Positions 52,597 to 64,000 of a stretch of 64,000 nucleotides of DNA are shown piece after piece (position 1 is the stretch's first letter; each line of letters begins with the position of its first letter). Location: NCBI GenBank assembly GCA_040954595.2, contig CM082576.2, forward strand, positions 20,507,028 to 20,571,027, in the 5' to 3' direction. Source of the stretch: Balanoglossus misakiensis. Lineage: Eukaryota; Animalia; Hemichordata. The notes below the pieces were generated by a model. That model made no database searches, was not told where the DNA came from, and saw nothing but the letters and a program-made list of their open reading frames with translations. A program made the position numbers and the translations under genes.

Positions 52597-53714
52597 CATA
52601 GACCCTAGAGAAAGAAGGACGAGCAACTGCGGCAAAGATCAAAGGGTTTGGGGATTATCTGTATGATGATGTTCTTTTGCATATAATTAACACCCAGGAC
52701 AGTTGGACAATGACTTCCTTACTTCGGCACGTGTCGACCCCACCAGTGATGCGAAAACTTGCCACCAAACTGACACTCCTGCATTTCAGCAGCCACTGCG
52801 TTTTTTTCTAAAATTCTAAAAGTATTACGATGTCTGTGCTAATTATTATGGTCGTCTGTCGGATGAACGGTCATTTCTAGTGCCACAAGCTTCATTTAAA
52901 AATTGTAAACAAATCATCCATGCCAAATTCCTGTTTAACTTGCGCAGATGTGTTCCATAAATGATTGCTGCGTTCAACCACGTTGCAGTTTTCTCGTCTT
53001 CTGCGAGATGTTCTAAGGTGTTTGTGATAACTTCACGCAGAACGCGAGACTTTGCATTAGTTTATACACAGTTTATTTGCAAATTGGATTATTGGGATTT
53101 ACCTGGAAATAATGTATGCAAAAGAACATCATTTCAAGAAAAAACTGGAGTTGCGCGTCCTTCTTGCATGTCCGACTGGGCACTCATATTTCTTGGTAAC
53201 GCTGACACTTTTCGTAATAATTTTATGTTTGCGTGAAGCATTGAAACAAAAATTGTGGTTTAGGGGCATTTTATTTCGCAGTGCGTGAACAATAAAACAG
53301 ATTTCACGAAAACAATTTATAAACAAACTGGCTGGATTTTCATGTGTGCGCTATTGCCGCCAGGCAACCCTCGGTACGGTTAGCTCACAGCCTTGTGAAA
53401 TACCCGGACTGTTAGACAAAAGATGCTTGTTTTGGACGCTGTCAGACTCAGAGGTGCCAAATTCCTGTTTAACTTGTGCAGATGTGTTCCATAAATGATT
53501 GCTGCGTCCAACCTCGTTGCAGTTTTCTCGTCTTCTGCGAGATGTTCTAAGGTGTTTGTGATAACTTCACGCAAAACGCGAGACTTTGCGTTAGTTTATA
53601 CACAGTTTATTTGCAAATTGGATTATTGGGATTTACCTGGAAATAATGTATGCAAAAGAACATCATTTCAAGAAAAAACTGGAGTTGCGCGTCCTTCTTT
53701 CTCTAGGGTCCATG
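52597..53714. mobile_element. TIR element with 7-bp TSD, unit 4 copy
   Basis: Same TIRs and TSD; several private SNPs in the internal duplication. Confidence 0.9.
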
Positions 53715-53967
53715 GTCAAACAAGTGAGTATATACTTTCAAGACACCCTGCAAACAAACAAGCAATCTTTATTCCGTAGATCTTTAAGCATATTTATGCA
53801 TTGTATATTTTGATGTGAAACTTCAAATTTTATTGGTCTTGTTGCCAAACTTCTGAAGAAATGAGGATATTGTTTTGAAGGGTATTTTATCAGTAGATAA
53901 CAAATACCATGGCCCTCCATGCAAATACCCACAATGTAAATTAAAACTGTTACAGGTGTATTTGATT

Positions 53968-54281
53968 TAAGCAATAAAACACCCCCAGCCATGGTATACC
54001 ACGAGATTTTGACCAGTTCACGACATATAAGCACGAGCGATAGCGAGTGCGTATATGGAGTTGAACTGGTCAAAATTGAGTGGTATACCATGGCTGGGGG
54101 TGTTTTATTGCTATTATATTATGCCAGTATATTGAAACTTTGCATAAAACATTTTAAAAAGGCATTTTCTTTGACTATGATATATGACTGTGGTATATGG
54201 CTAATATATCACGGTCACGTGTCGTGTCTCGACCAATCAAATAGCGTGATTTACACCATCAATATACTGGTATAATATAAT
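53968..54281 (+). mobile_element. Crypton-like palindromic element, unit 4 copy (divergent haplotype)
   Basis: Matches 8956-9269 with about six substitutions. Confidence 0.8.
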
Positions 54282-57200
54282 TCCACATATGGATTACATG
54301 TGGGATAATATTGGGTGCTGGCAGTTTCAGTAAATGAACTGCTCTTAAAAGTTGGGTGTCAGGGCACCCTTGACTTCTTATTGTTCAGTTATACATTTAG
54401 GAGGCTCAGTTATAGGAGAACCCGATAGAACCACAGCTGTAGGAATTAGGGAAATGGTCATACCCTAAATAACTTATGTCACTACTATTTTTTTTTCATG
54501 CCATTGAAACAGAACAAACTCCATGTAGGCCAAGTCCATGCCTGAACAATGGGCGGTGTACTCAGCTGTCTTGTACAACTTATGAGTGTACTTGTCCAGG
54601 ATGTTTCACCGGCACACACTGCAGCCAGTGTAAAACTCATTAAAACAAACATTTGTCATGCAGGAACTAACATTTACAATCATGTCTCAATACATTGTCT
54701 GTTGGTCATACTTTATATTTTCATCTTCAGCATCACACCTTGGTCCTTGGGAATCGGTCACCTCAAAAATGATGTACAGCTGAAAGAAAACATGTTTATT
54801 TGAAGAAAAAACTGTTGATCGTTCATGAAAATTTTCCCTACACAAGATACATATACAGAGATTTTCATAGCCCCATAAGTGCGTCCCAGAATGAGCAAGT
54901 TGTTTTTGGAAGTGAAGTCCTGTTCAGTATTTACAGTAATGGTAATGATGATGTTTTCATCAAACAGATTTTGAAAGTAAATATTGCTGAGATAACATTA
55001 GGTTGCACTTTTTATTGCAGTCCAAGATCCAGGCCAGCGAAACAGCTGTCTCAACGGGGCTGTATGTAATGCAGTGGCCAACTCCTGCACTGCATATACC
55101 TGTGCCTGTACTGGTTGCTATGAGGGTAACCGTTGTGAAATATGTAAGTTTCTGACGTAACGTAAATGACAATCTTTTGGGCACTTTCTCTTCATGGCAA
55201 TTGAATTGTGTGGTAACTTCTCATTTCTAAAATTTCCCCAAGAGAAAAGAAAGGAAAAGGAAACAGAAATTTCATTTGTATGTCCGTGCAATTTAGGATA
55301 GGCACGAACTTGTGAGGAAGTGTACGAAGTTGGATGTTTTCATCACTCAAATATACAAGAGTTGCCTCTTGAAGACTAGTGTCTGTAGAGATAATTGTGC
55401 ATGTGAGGTAATCTCTCCTAAGGTGGTGCACACCTCTGAGTATTAAGTAAAAGAGACGTCCTTAATTATCCTTACTATTTGGCTTGAAAAATCAATCTTA
55501 CTAGGTGTTCTGATTAGAGAGGTGTCCATAAAGACAGGTTTTACTGTATTACCCAAAATAGAGACATTGTCCCTTCATCATATACTTAATGCGTGTTCTG
55601 GGTATGGTTCCAGTATAATGCTTGTGTCAAAGGATTTTGTTGTGGTGCAGGAATCATCTTTGGTTGAGGTGTAGCCATCTGCATTTCATGTGTTTTAAAC
55701 TATTTTTTTTTCTGATTGTCATTAACCCATGTGATCAGAATCCGTGTCAAAATGGAGGCTATTGTTCCAAAACACCAAATTCTTATACTGACTACACCTG
55801 TTACTGCCAGTAGTGTTGGACTGGGGCCATCTGTGCCGTAGGTGTGTCGAATTACTGTTTTATGATACAGCGTGGTATATAAACCCTCATTTTTGGTATT
55901 CTCAATGTGATAGATGGACCCATACACCAATAAATGGGGTGGAAGCATTACTAAGTTTCATCCTTTCAAAATTTGCTGATGTAGGGTCAAAATTGAGTGT
56001 GAGGTGCATGTTAAAAAGGAAAGCCTTCTGTATCATGTTGATGGCACATTTTTTTAATTTTTCAAGATTCTTACAGAAAAATCCTAGCAATAGCATCATT
56101 ATGTTATTTTAAATGTAAAGGTTTGAAACAAGGAATGAAGACATTGCTCACATATTTAAACGAAATGAACATCACAAGTACATGTACAAGTTTTTGACAA
56201 GCAGGTAATTGATACTTTCATTTTTGTTTTGGCAGCCATTGATCAGTTATACCCTATGCCTTGTCAAAATGGTGGCACATGCGTTGCGTGAGACGGCTGT
56301 TTCCTGTTTGACTGTATGTGTACCGAATGCTTCACTGGTGCCACATGTACAATGCGTAAGTACTAACCAATATTATTTTATTCAATGCAAAACACTTGTT
56401 ATATATTATATAATATAAGTACGGTACACATATTAAAGCCCTGGTAACTCAAACTTTGGGCTAGCTTAATGTTATCACTATTTTTGTTTTCGGTTGCAAC
56501 TGTGGTTTCTTGTCACACTCTAAAGGATTTCACAGCATTTGGTTTTTCAAAACAGCCCTTTGGTTGTTGTCATGTATACATGTACATGACTGTGGAGTGT
56601 AGTTTGTAGATTCTGTAATTTTGACAATATCTTGACTGCACATCCCACAGCTGTCAACCAGTGTCAACCCATCCAGTGTCGGAATGGTGGAAACTGTGTG
56701 CTGACGCCCAATTGGTGTACTGAATTCACATGCTCCTGTACAAGCTGTTACTCCGGCGATTTATGTCAGACATGTGAGTGATTTTAAATTTCAGATGAAG
56801 AGGAACATAATAACATAACACATAATCGGCTTGCAGTTGGTTTCTTCCAACCTGTATCAAACAGTGAATAACGACACAATTTTGGGGAAATTTATTAAGA
56901 ATGTGTGTGCCATAAAAGGGGATTGTGTATTTGACCAAATAACAACCTGCACCGTATGGTACACTAAGACACTATTACACCTGTGTCAAAATTTCATTAC
57001 GTTTCTTTTGTTGAACATGGAAGAAATTTGTCACAGTGATGTTCTGTTGACCAACTGAGATTTTTACCACTCAACCCTGACTGCACAAATCTGTTTAAAG
57101 TATATGTAGTAAATATTAACTGTACACAATTTATATCACTTTCTCTTCTGTGCACAGATTTGAATCCGTGTCAGCCCAACCCTTGTCTAAACAGTGGATT

Positions 57201-60200
57201 CTGCCAGCAAGTGTCCTGCACCGAGTTCAGATGCCAGAGTCCACGCTGTTTCATCGGAACCACGTGCGCTGAACGTAAGCAAACCAGTGTCAGATTTCCC
57301 GCACAAAGTAGAAATCGCTGGGCTTTGTCATTGATATTGTCTCAATAAAGTTGCCTGTGATTGTGCAGCTAACCAAGAGACTTATATGCACTACGGTAGC
57401 CATGATGAATACTTTCATTGACTCAAATGCTCATCAGTGTAGATGTTGCTATTTTTCCAACCGTAAATTGAAACATCAGAAAGTTATGACATCAACTACC
57501 CCCACCCCCACCCCACCCACCCCCAACTAGTAAATATTATAAGATTCAGTAATTATGATAAAGATGGTAGCACCAAGCTTGGATCAAGTGGTCTTCATTA
57601 TCCTTCACACATGAACATGATCACACGGATGTGCAATCTTCTGACAGTCTGCTACAGATTTCACTTCCCACTCAAGTGTGTAAGACCCTAATGTGATACT
57701 TTTCATTTCTCTCACCCTTAGCGATCAACCAGTGTCTTCTAAACCCATGTCTGAATAACGGAGTGTATCAGCCACTTCAAGGCTCCTGCTCAATCTACAC
57801 CTGCAACTGTCCAACCTGCTACACTGGGCAAACATGTGTTACATGTAAGTCACAAGTTTTTAGGTCCCATTGGTATGTACCATGGGAACTTATGGGATTG
57901 GTTACGTCTGTATGTATGGATGGATGGATGGATGTATGTCTGTATGTCCGTCCACATGAAAAACTTGAAAACCACAGCGCGTATGACCTCGATATTTGGC
58001 GTGTAGATGCAGGCAGGGCTGTAGATGGGAGTTTGTTCAAATGAAGATGTCATTGCCAAAAATATGCAAATTAGCTGGGAAAATGTGAAATTGGTCAAAA
58101 CTCAAAAACTGGACAACCACTGGTCATATTGATTTGAAAAATGGTATGCATGTACCTTATATCAACCTCATACAACCCTGTATGTTTTGAGCTAATATTA
58201 TCGATTTCCTATTTTTTTTGCATTTTTTTGTATTTTTCCATGTTATTGGTAAAAGTCTTTGAAATTTAGTATGAAGCCTCCTAATGTTGTCTAAGTAACC
58301 ATAGTTTTGTTCAAATTGTTGCAAAATTTGCATATCTATAATTTTGAGCATTATTTGCCATTTTTGGTCAAAAAATGTTTTTCTTTAAAACCTCATGCCA
58401 GATTGCTTTGCAATTTGGTAGGCATGTTCGTAGGGGTAACCTAAATAATATGTTGTAAAAAATGTGATATTTGCATAAATGTGTTATCGGGGAAACTTTT
58501 GCAATTTTTGTCAAAAATTGTTTTCACTGAAACCGCTTGTCCTATTGCATTGAACTTAGGCAGCATGTTCCTTGTAGTGATTGAAGTAAGATATTGTACA
58601 ATTTTGGTGATATTTGCATATTTGTGTTTTTGCCACTTTTGAACAAATATTTTCTGTGAAACTGCTTGTTGGATTGCTTTGAAATTAGTTTTTTCTCTGA
58701 TTGCTTTGAAATTTAGGATATAATTTCATAACACATACCTGTATATGTGCAACTTTTATTCAATTCTGAGATCAGAAAGATTAAATATTTAGCGAGTTTT
58801 TTTGGTAAGTTTCTTTGTTTTTGGTTAGCAAATCTTCTCCTAAACAAATTGTCCAGTTGTTTTTAAAGTTACTATTTACAAGGAGTTGTTACCTCGAACA
58901 AAGACATGTTTACATAACTTAAATAGGCCAGCTGTTACAGAGACCACCAGCTATCACATTTTAATTACCAGTGGCAGGTCAGTGTGTGTCTGTTCCAGGG
59001 CTGACTGAAAGAAGTTGCTTCGCATATGTGTTTGTGTACAGACAATTTTTGGTCAATTTTTTTTTCTAGCACCACTTGTAAGACTGCCATGACACATGAC
59101 AGTTTATTGGGCATGTTCCTTGTTAATGTTTTTACATTGCATATTTCTATATGGTCAGATCATAAGTGCTTGCAAATCTCACCTGTAATTTTTATTCTGC
59201 TGTGTCACTGTTTCCGCATAATCCTCAAATGTCATCAGATCTCCGAATGTGATGAAAACAGTGTGTTTTGAGTGGGTTTTTTTTAATGACCTTTTGGGTT
59301 AAAAGTGGCAAAAATGGCAATTTTGTCTTCAAAGGGGTCAATAAGACTGACTTTTTTGGAATCAGCACCATTTTTTACATTGAATGGACTAGTCTGCTCA
59401 AACTTTCCTTACCAAAAATTCTGTTTAATCTTCTGTAACATGTATACTAGTGTACATGTAGCTGCCTGATAGTTTGCCCTGTGTGTGTAATTGCTGAGTG
59501 ACATAACGCATTCTGTGATTGATGCAGTCACGTAACCACCAATCGAACGATTGTTATAAGGAGAACTGCACGACCTTTAACGGCATTAGCATACCTGATT
59601 TTTAGGGCTCGATATTACCTCTGAGGACGCAATATTTAAGTTGAAGTTTTTTTATTTTATCATATTAGAGCAAGAAGACTTGTCTTTTATGTAAAAGAAA
59701 TAGACCCTAATATACAGAGTGCATTTTGAAACGATAGGCAGTTCCGGCCCATAGCCTAATTCTTCATTTTTCTGTCATGCGTAGGAATTGATTAGTGCTA
59801 ACAACCCATGTCAAAATGGCAGCACTTGCCAGCCCTAACCTCGTGTGTGGCATTGACGTGCACCTGCCAAGGATGCTTTACTGGGAGCGCTGTGAAAATT
59901 GTCAGTCAGTTTCTTTTGTCAAATTAATCAATATGTGTGGGACTGCTATACATGTATATAAAACAGAATACTGCGATGGAAAATTCTATAACTTAATGTT
60001 TCAGTGGATATATGACTTAAAGTTAGCAGTATGCAGTGAATTCAACAGAAAGTGTAATTTCCTCTTGTGTGAGCTCTGTGCGACTGTGCCAATGAAAATC
60101 TCACCACAAACAAAAATGACAGGTATACACTGTATATTAGCAGCTTTGTCTCTGTAATAGCCATAGTGTTTTGAAGTTGAAAACTTGCAAAGTGTGCAGT

Positions 60201-60411
60201 TTTATTCACACTACAAAGGAAACATTGTTGAAACGGATTATCTGTGTACATTGTCAAACTGTACACTTGTCGCGAGATTTATTCTCAATTATATTACTAG
60301 TATATCATGCTACCGTCCGCAACTCTGATTGGACGAGAGCTAAATCCAGCGATGCTAAAATACTCAATAATGCACTGCTGACAGTGGTAAAACGGGCTTT
60401 CTGTTTGCCAC

Positions 60412-60724
60412 ATGGGTTTGTTCTTTAGGTTGTTGTATGTGTTTACACCCATCATGTTTATTGTAGAACCAGGGTCGATCAGTGAGGCAACTGCTGTTTG
60501 TTCTATCTGCACTGTTACTCGAGGCCTCCTGCCATTTGATTGTTGTACAGTGAAGCAGTATTCATCTCCCGAGCTGTCTTCCACTTTATGCACAGCTTTG
60601 ACAGTTTTATCCTTGTCTACCCTATTTGCCTTGCCTTTTGAATGGTAGCATTTGGCTAAATGGTTAGGTTTGCCACACTTCCTGCATGACTTGCCTTTAG
60701 CTGGACATACTGAGTCATGTGGTA
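60412..60724 (-). mobile_element. Gypsy gag/protease fragment, unit 5 copy
   Basis: Same translation as 495-807. Confidence 0.85.
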
Positions 60725-62044
60725 CCATTATTAAAATAGGGGCCAGTCATCAAAACGTAAGTGAGCCAAAAAACTACAGGTCAGATAAATTGTTTTCTCG
60801 TAAATTCAACATTAGAATCAAATTTGGCGTTGGAAACAAACGGCGGGTCGCCAGTTCCTGGTCTGGAGGCTGGTAGAGTCACGTCTTGAAGACTGGCCCC
60901 TATTTTAATAATGGCATTGTCATGACCGGCCAACCTTTGACCTCGGAGACCACAATGTAGAGCTATCGATCAGCTTTTCGCGTTTCAATCAAACATTGCA
61001 ATCACGGGCTAAAATCACTAACTAGTTGATACCTTTTTCGGTGTTTCATCTAACCTTTGAAAGGAGTATAATAAAAATGAAATGACCGCACGTAATGTGC
61101 ATTTCTTGTTCACGTGTGGGGACTATATGTGTGCGTAATTATCCAAATGCAAGGGGTCGTGTGAACAGGCCTTAAATAATGAGTTTGCGTTAAATAATGA
61201 GTTTGCGTTAAATAATAAGTTGACAAACGGCGCGAGTGCATTTTTTCATGGTTTAGAAATCACTTATTTATATATAATTCATTATATAATGTAAATCACT
61301 CATGATATATATATTATAGACTTGCACTTAAATTATTTATAAATCACTCATGATATATATATAATACACTTAAATTTTTTTTATTTATAAATAATTAATT
61401 ATATATAAATAATTATGTACATCACTCATGATATATATATAATAGACTGACACTGACATTGTTTATAAATAATTTATTATATATAAATAAAAGAGCATAA
61501 AATACATTTTATGTATATAATTGAATCGACTTGAAATTATTTATAAATAAATTGTCAGGACTTAAATGGTTTGCAAATCTATAATTACATACATATAAGT
61601 ATGTTAAATAATGACTTTTGAACAAATAATTTAGCTAAATAATAAGTTAACACATGGCACCCCATACAAACATTACGTCCAGTCCAAATATTCTGCCAAT
61701 TTTACATCCAATGCATTCAAATAGTGGACTGCTTCGCTTTCATCAAGTTTTCATGTGCATCGTATAAGTAGACTTTTGTTTTGTCCCGTCTTTTCACCGA
61801 ATTTGCTCTTTTCCAAATCTCTGACACAGACTATGATCGTCACATTCTTGTCTGTTGTTAGAACAGCACACTGCCATATGGCATTGACTGTATACAGTTT
61901 CTGTTACCAATATCTCTGGTTTGGCATTTTTCTGTCCTCAATCTTTTGCCAGGGATTTTTGTGTCCCCAACCCGCGTGAGAATCCCACGTCTTTGAAGGT
62001 ATGACTGTGACTATAAGATTCTATAAATCTCTGTTTATTTTCAG

Positions 62045-62670
62045 CACAAACATCATGTGCTGATTGCCCAGCTGGTAACCAATGTCCAAATGGTAACACT
62101 GTGATTTTATGCTCGGCTGGTTATTACAGTTCGGCCTTGGACAAAGGATGTCTCGCTGTACCTCTTGCATAACAGGTAAACTTCTACCCACCAACCTTTA
62201 TTTCCAACATCAAACATTAGGTCAGGTAATTTACTAACTGAAAAATAGGATGGGAACATTTTCCATTTCTGTATTTAAAATTTACTGATATAATATATGA
62301 ATGAAAAAATGACAATTTTTCCAAATTTGAATAGACCTCTATTTATGAAAATAATTAAAATTTGCGCCAATTTTTTACAGTGGTATTCAAAGGTTAACTT
62401 GGTGTGTAAATTCTTTGTTTGATTTACAGATCAGCCGGTGCTGAACAGTGTACTATTTGTGAGCAAGGGTACGCCTGCACAGATCCCAGTGCATCGCAAT
62501 TCAAGTGTACCAAGGGTTACGTGTCATTGGCTGGTGCAACAAACTGTACCAGATGTACAAATGGTAAGATTGTGGTACTTGTTCAGTTTGCTGTGTGATG
62601 AAACTGAGTGGTATGTGTGTATGCATGTATGTGTTTACAACAGATTTTCAAGTCAGTGCGACTGGGGTTA

Positions 62671-62702
<32 letters not shown>

Positions 62703-63466
62703 TACAACAGATTATCAACTCAGTGCGAAATCTTGCGAGACCCGGTTAGCCATGTGAGATCTCGCAGAGTCTTATGATATTCAGAAAATGGTTGATTAGA
62801 AATGACGTTTAATGTCCTCCAAAGAATTTTCTACATGCCCGTATACTTGTCTCAGAATTATGAAGTGAATCATCTCAAGTAATTTGTTATTTTAAATGAC
62901 ACTGTATCACAAATACTTCACTAAAAACCTCATTTTCTTTAATCAGATGAAATAAGTGAGGAGCCTGCACGCACATCCCGTCTTCTGTGCCCTGCTGGAC
63001 AATCGTGTTCAGATCCAATGTAAGATCCGCTTGACTGTGGCAATGGTGAATATGCTATGGAAGGCGACGGCACATGCACGCCTTGTCCAGCAGGATCCAA
63101 GTGTCCAACCATGTCACCCGTAGTTGATTGTTCAACAGTTACTGGTAAGTTGGGCTGCAAATTACTCTTATGACTTCCCTGTGTTATAGCATGACATACA
63201 CAGAAAATTAAACTGTTATGCTCATTGGAGTTGATATTGTGATGCACTTTGAAAAACACAATGATTCCACTGAAGAGGTATTGTACAGTAACACCTGTGA
63301 TTACGGACATCTCTCTAATAAGGGATCGTTGGACCAAACCAATCGTTCTTTGAATTTTTTCTGTGATAGGTTCATACTCGCTAGGTTCGGCCAAGTCCTT
63401 CTGGTTATGAATGCACAACTACAAATGTCACACAGTGCGCTACAGGGAAGTAAAGTGTTGAAGGAG
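62045..63466 (+). pseudogene. Pseudogene fragment copy 5 (exons A1-A4; the rest lies beyond the window)
   Basis: Same exons at offset 59917, same TAA in A3. Confidence 0.85.
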
Positions 63467-64000
63467 GTAAGTCTTGAAATCTCTTTTCTTCTGGTCTCGA
63501 TTTGAACATGGTTCCACAAGTTGTTTACATCACTTGTAGTTTTACATATTTTTTTAGTTCAACAGCTATGCTATACATGGTGTCCTGAGAAGTCGACCAG
63601 TATGAGAAGTCGGTATCGGCCAGTACGAGAAGTCGGCCTGTGGGAGAGAACCCTGGTACTTTGTGTTATATATAACTGTTTCACTACGAAATGTTTCCTT
63701 GATGTACAGGAGCTGAGATATTTGTACAAATAGCCGATGAATTTTAAAACTGTCTGTTCACTTTTCATGTACATCACCGGGGTACGTCAACATCAGTCAC
63801 CTGCACTTCTTGAGCTGCGCCAGTAGTCTGTTCCTTGTCACGTTTGTTTGTTTGTTTGTTTGGTGTTGTCTCAGAAAGTATGAATATACACATACATCTT
63901 CTATGTATTTTAGTAGGCTTTGAAACAACTCCCTTTAATCAGAAATGTCACAGGAATTTGGCGAACAACCTAAGCTCCTTACGCGGATACGGGGCTGGGG

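Larger units (their letters stand above)
47148..59900 (+). pseudogene. GCC2/GCC3 + EGF-repeat pseudogene fragment, copy 4
   Basis: Same exons and shared lesions; extra 25-bp deletion removes the pyrimidine tract before exon A3. Confidence 0.88.
45021..59917 (+). repeat. Tandem macro-repeat unit 4 (14897 bp)
   Basis: Near-identical copy; private 25-bp deletion near 48023 and 17-bp extra repeat near 49245. Confidence 0.98.
59918..64000 (+). repeat. Tandem macro-repeat unit 5 (partial, runs off window)
   Basis: Matches 1-4083 at offset 59917. Confidence 0.98.

Noticed and set aside
15218-59917. Three-unit higher-order repeat (junctions 1/2 and 4/5 share alleles)
   Set aside because: Sharing is confined to ~2 kb; elsewhere units 1 and 4 are among the most different, which fits conversion or unequal crossover better
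1-64000. Array as a pure assembly artefact
   Set aside because: Units differ by structured events (314-bp insertion, 25-bp and 5-bp deletions, 17-bp repeat gain, linked SNP tracts) that an echoed sequence would not show; exact copy number still needs read support

Overview
Intron-rich animal genomic DNA, probably a marine invertebrate deuterostome (inferred from the repeat types, not proven). The whole window is a head-to-tail tandem array of a near-identical ~14.9-kb unit: 4 full periods of 15217, 14905, 14898 and 14897 bp plus a partial fifth. Each unit carries a decayed + strand multi-exon gene fragment. It has five Cys-rich GCC2/GCC3 (ephrin-receptor-like) exons followed by twelve phase-1 EGF-like exons of an unusual 8-Cys type, most of them broken by stops, frameshifts, Cys losses or splice lesions shared by all copies. 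Introns and spacer contain transposon relics: a Gypsy gag/protease fragment, an L2-type LINE 3' end, a TIR element with a 7-bp TSD inside an exon, a Crypton-like palindromic element, and MULE-like and Helentron-like elements. Unit 1 alone has a second, TSD-less 314-bp Crypton-like insertion, and variants are shared between copies in a mosaic pattern. I found no intact gene, RNA gene or CRISPR array. Most ORFs in the supplied track are incidental.
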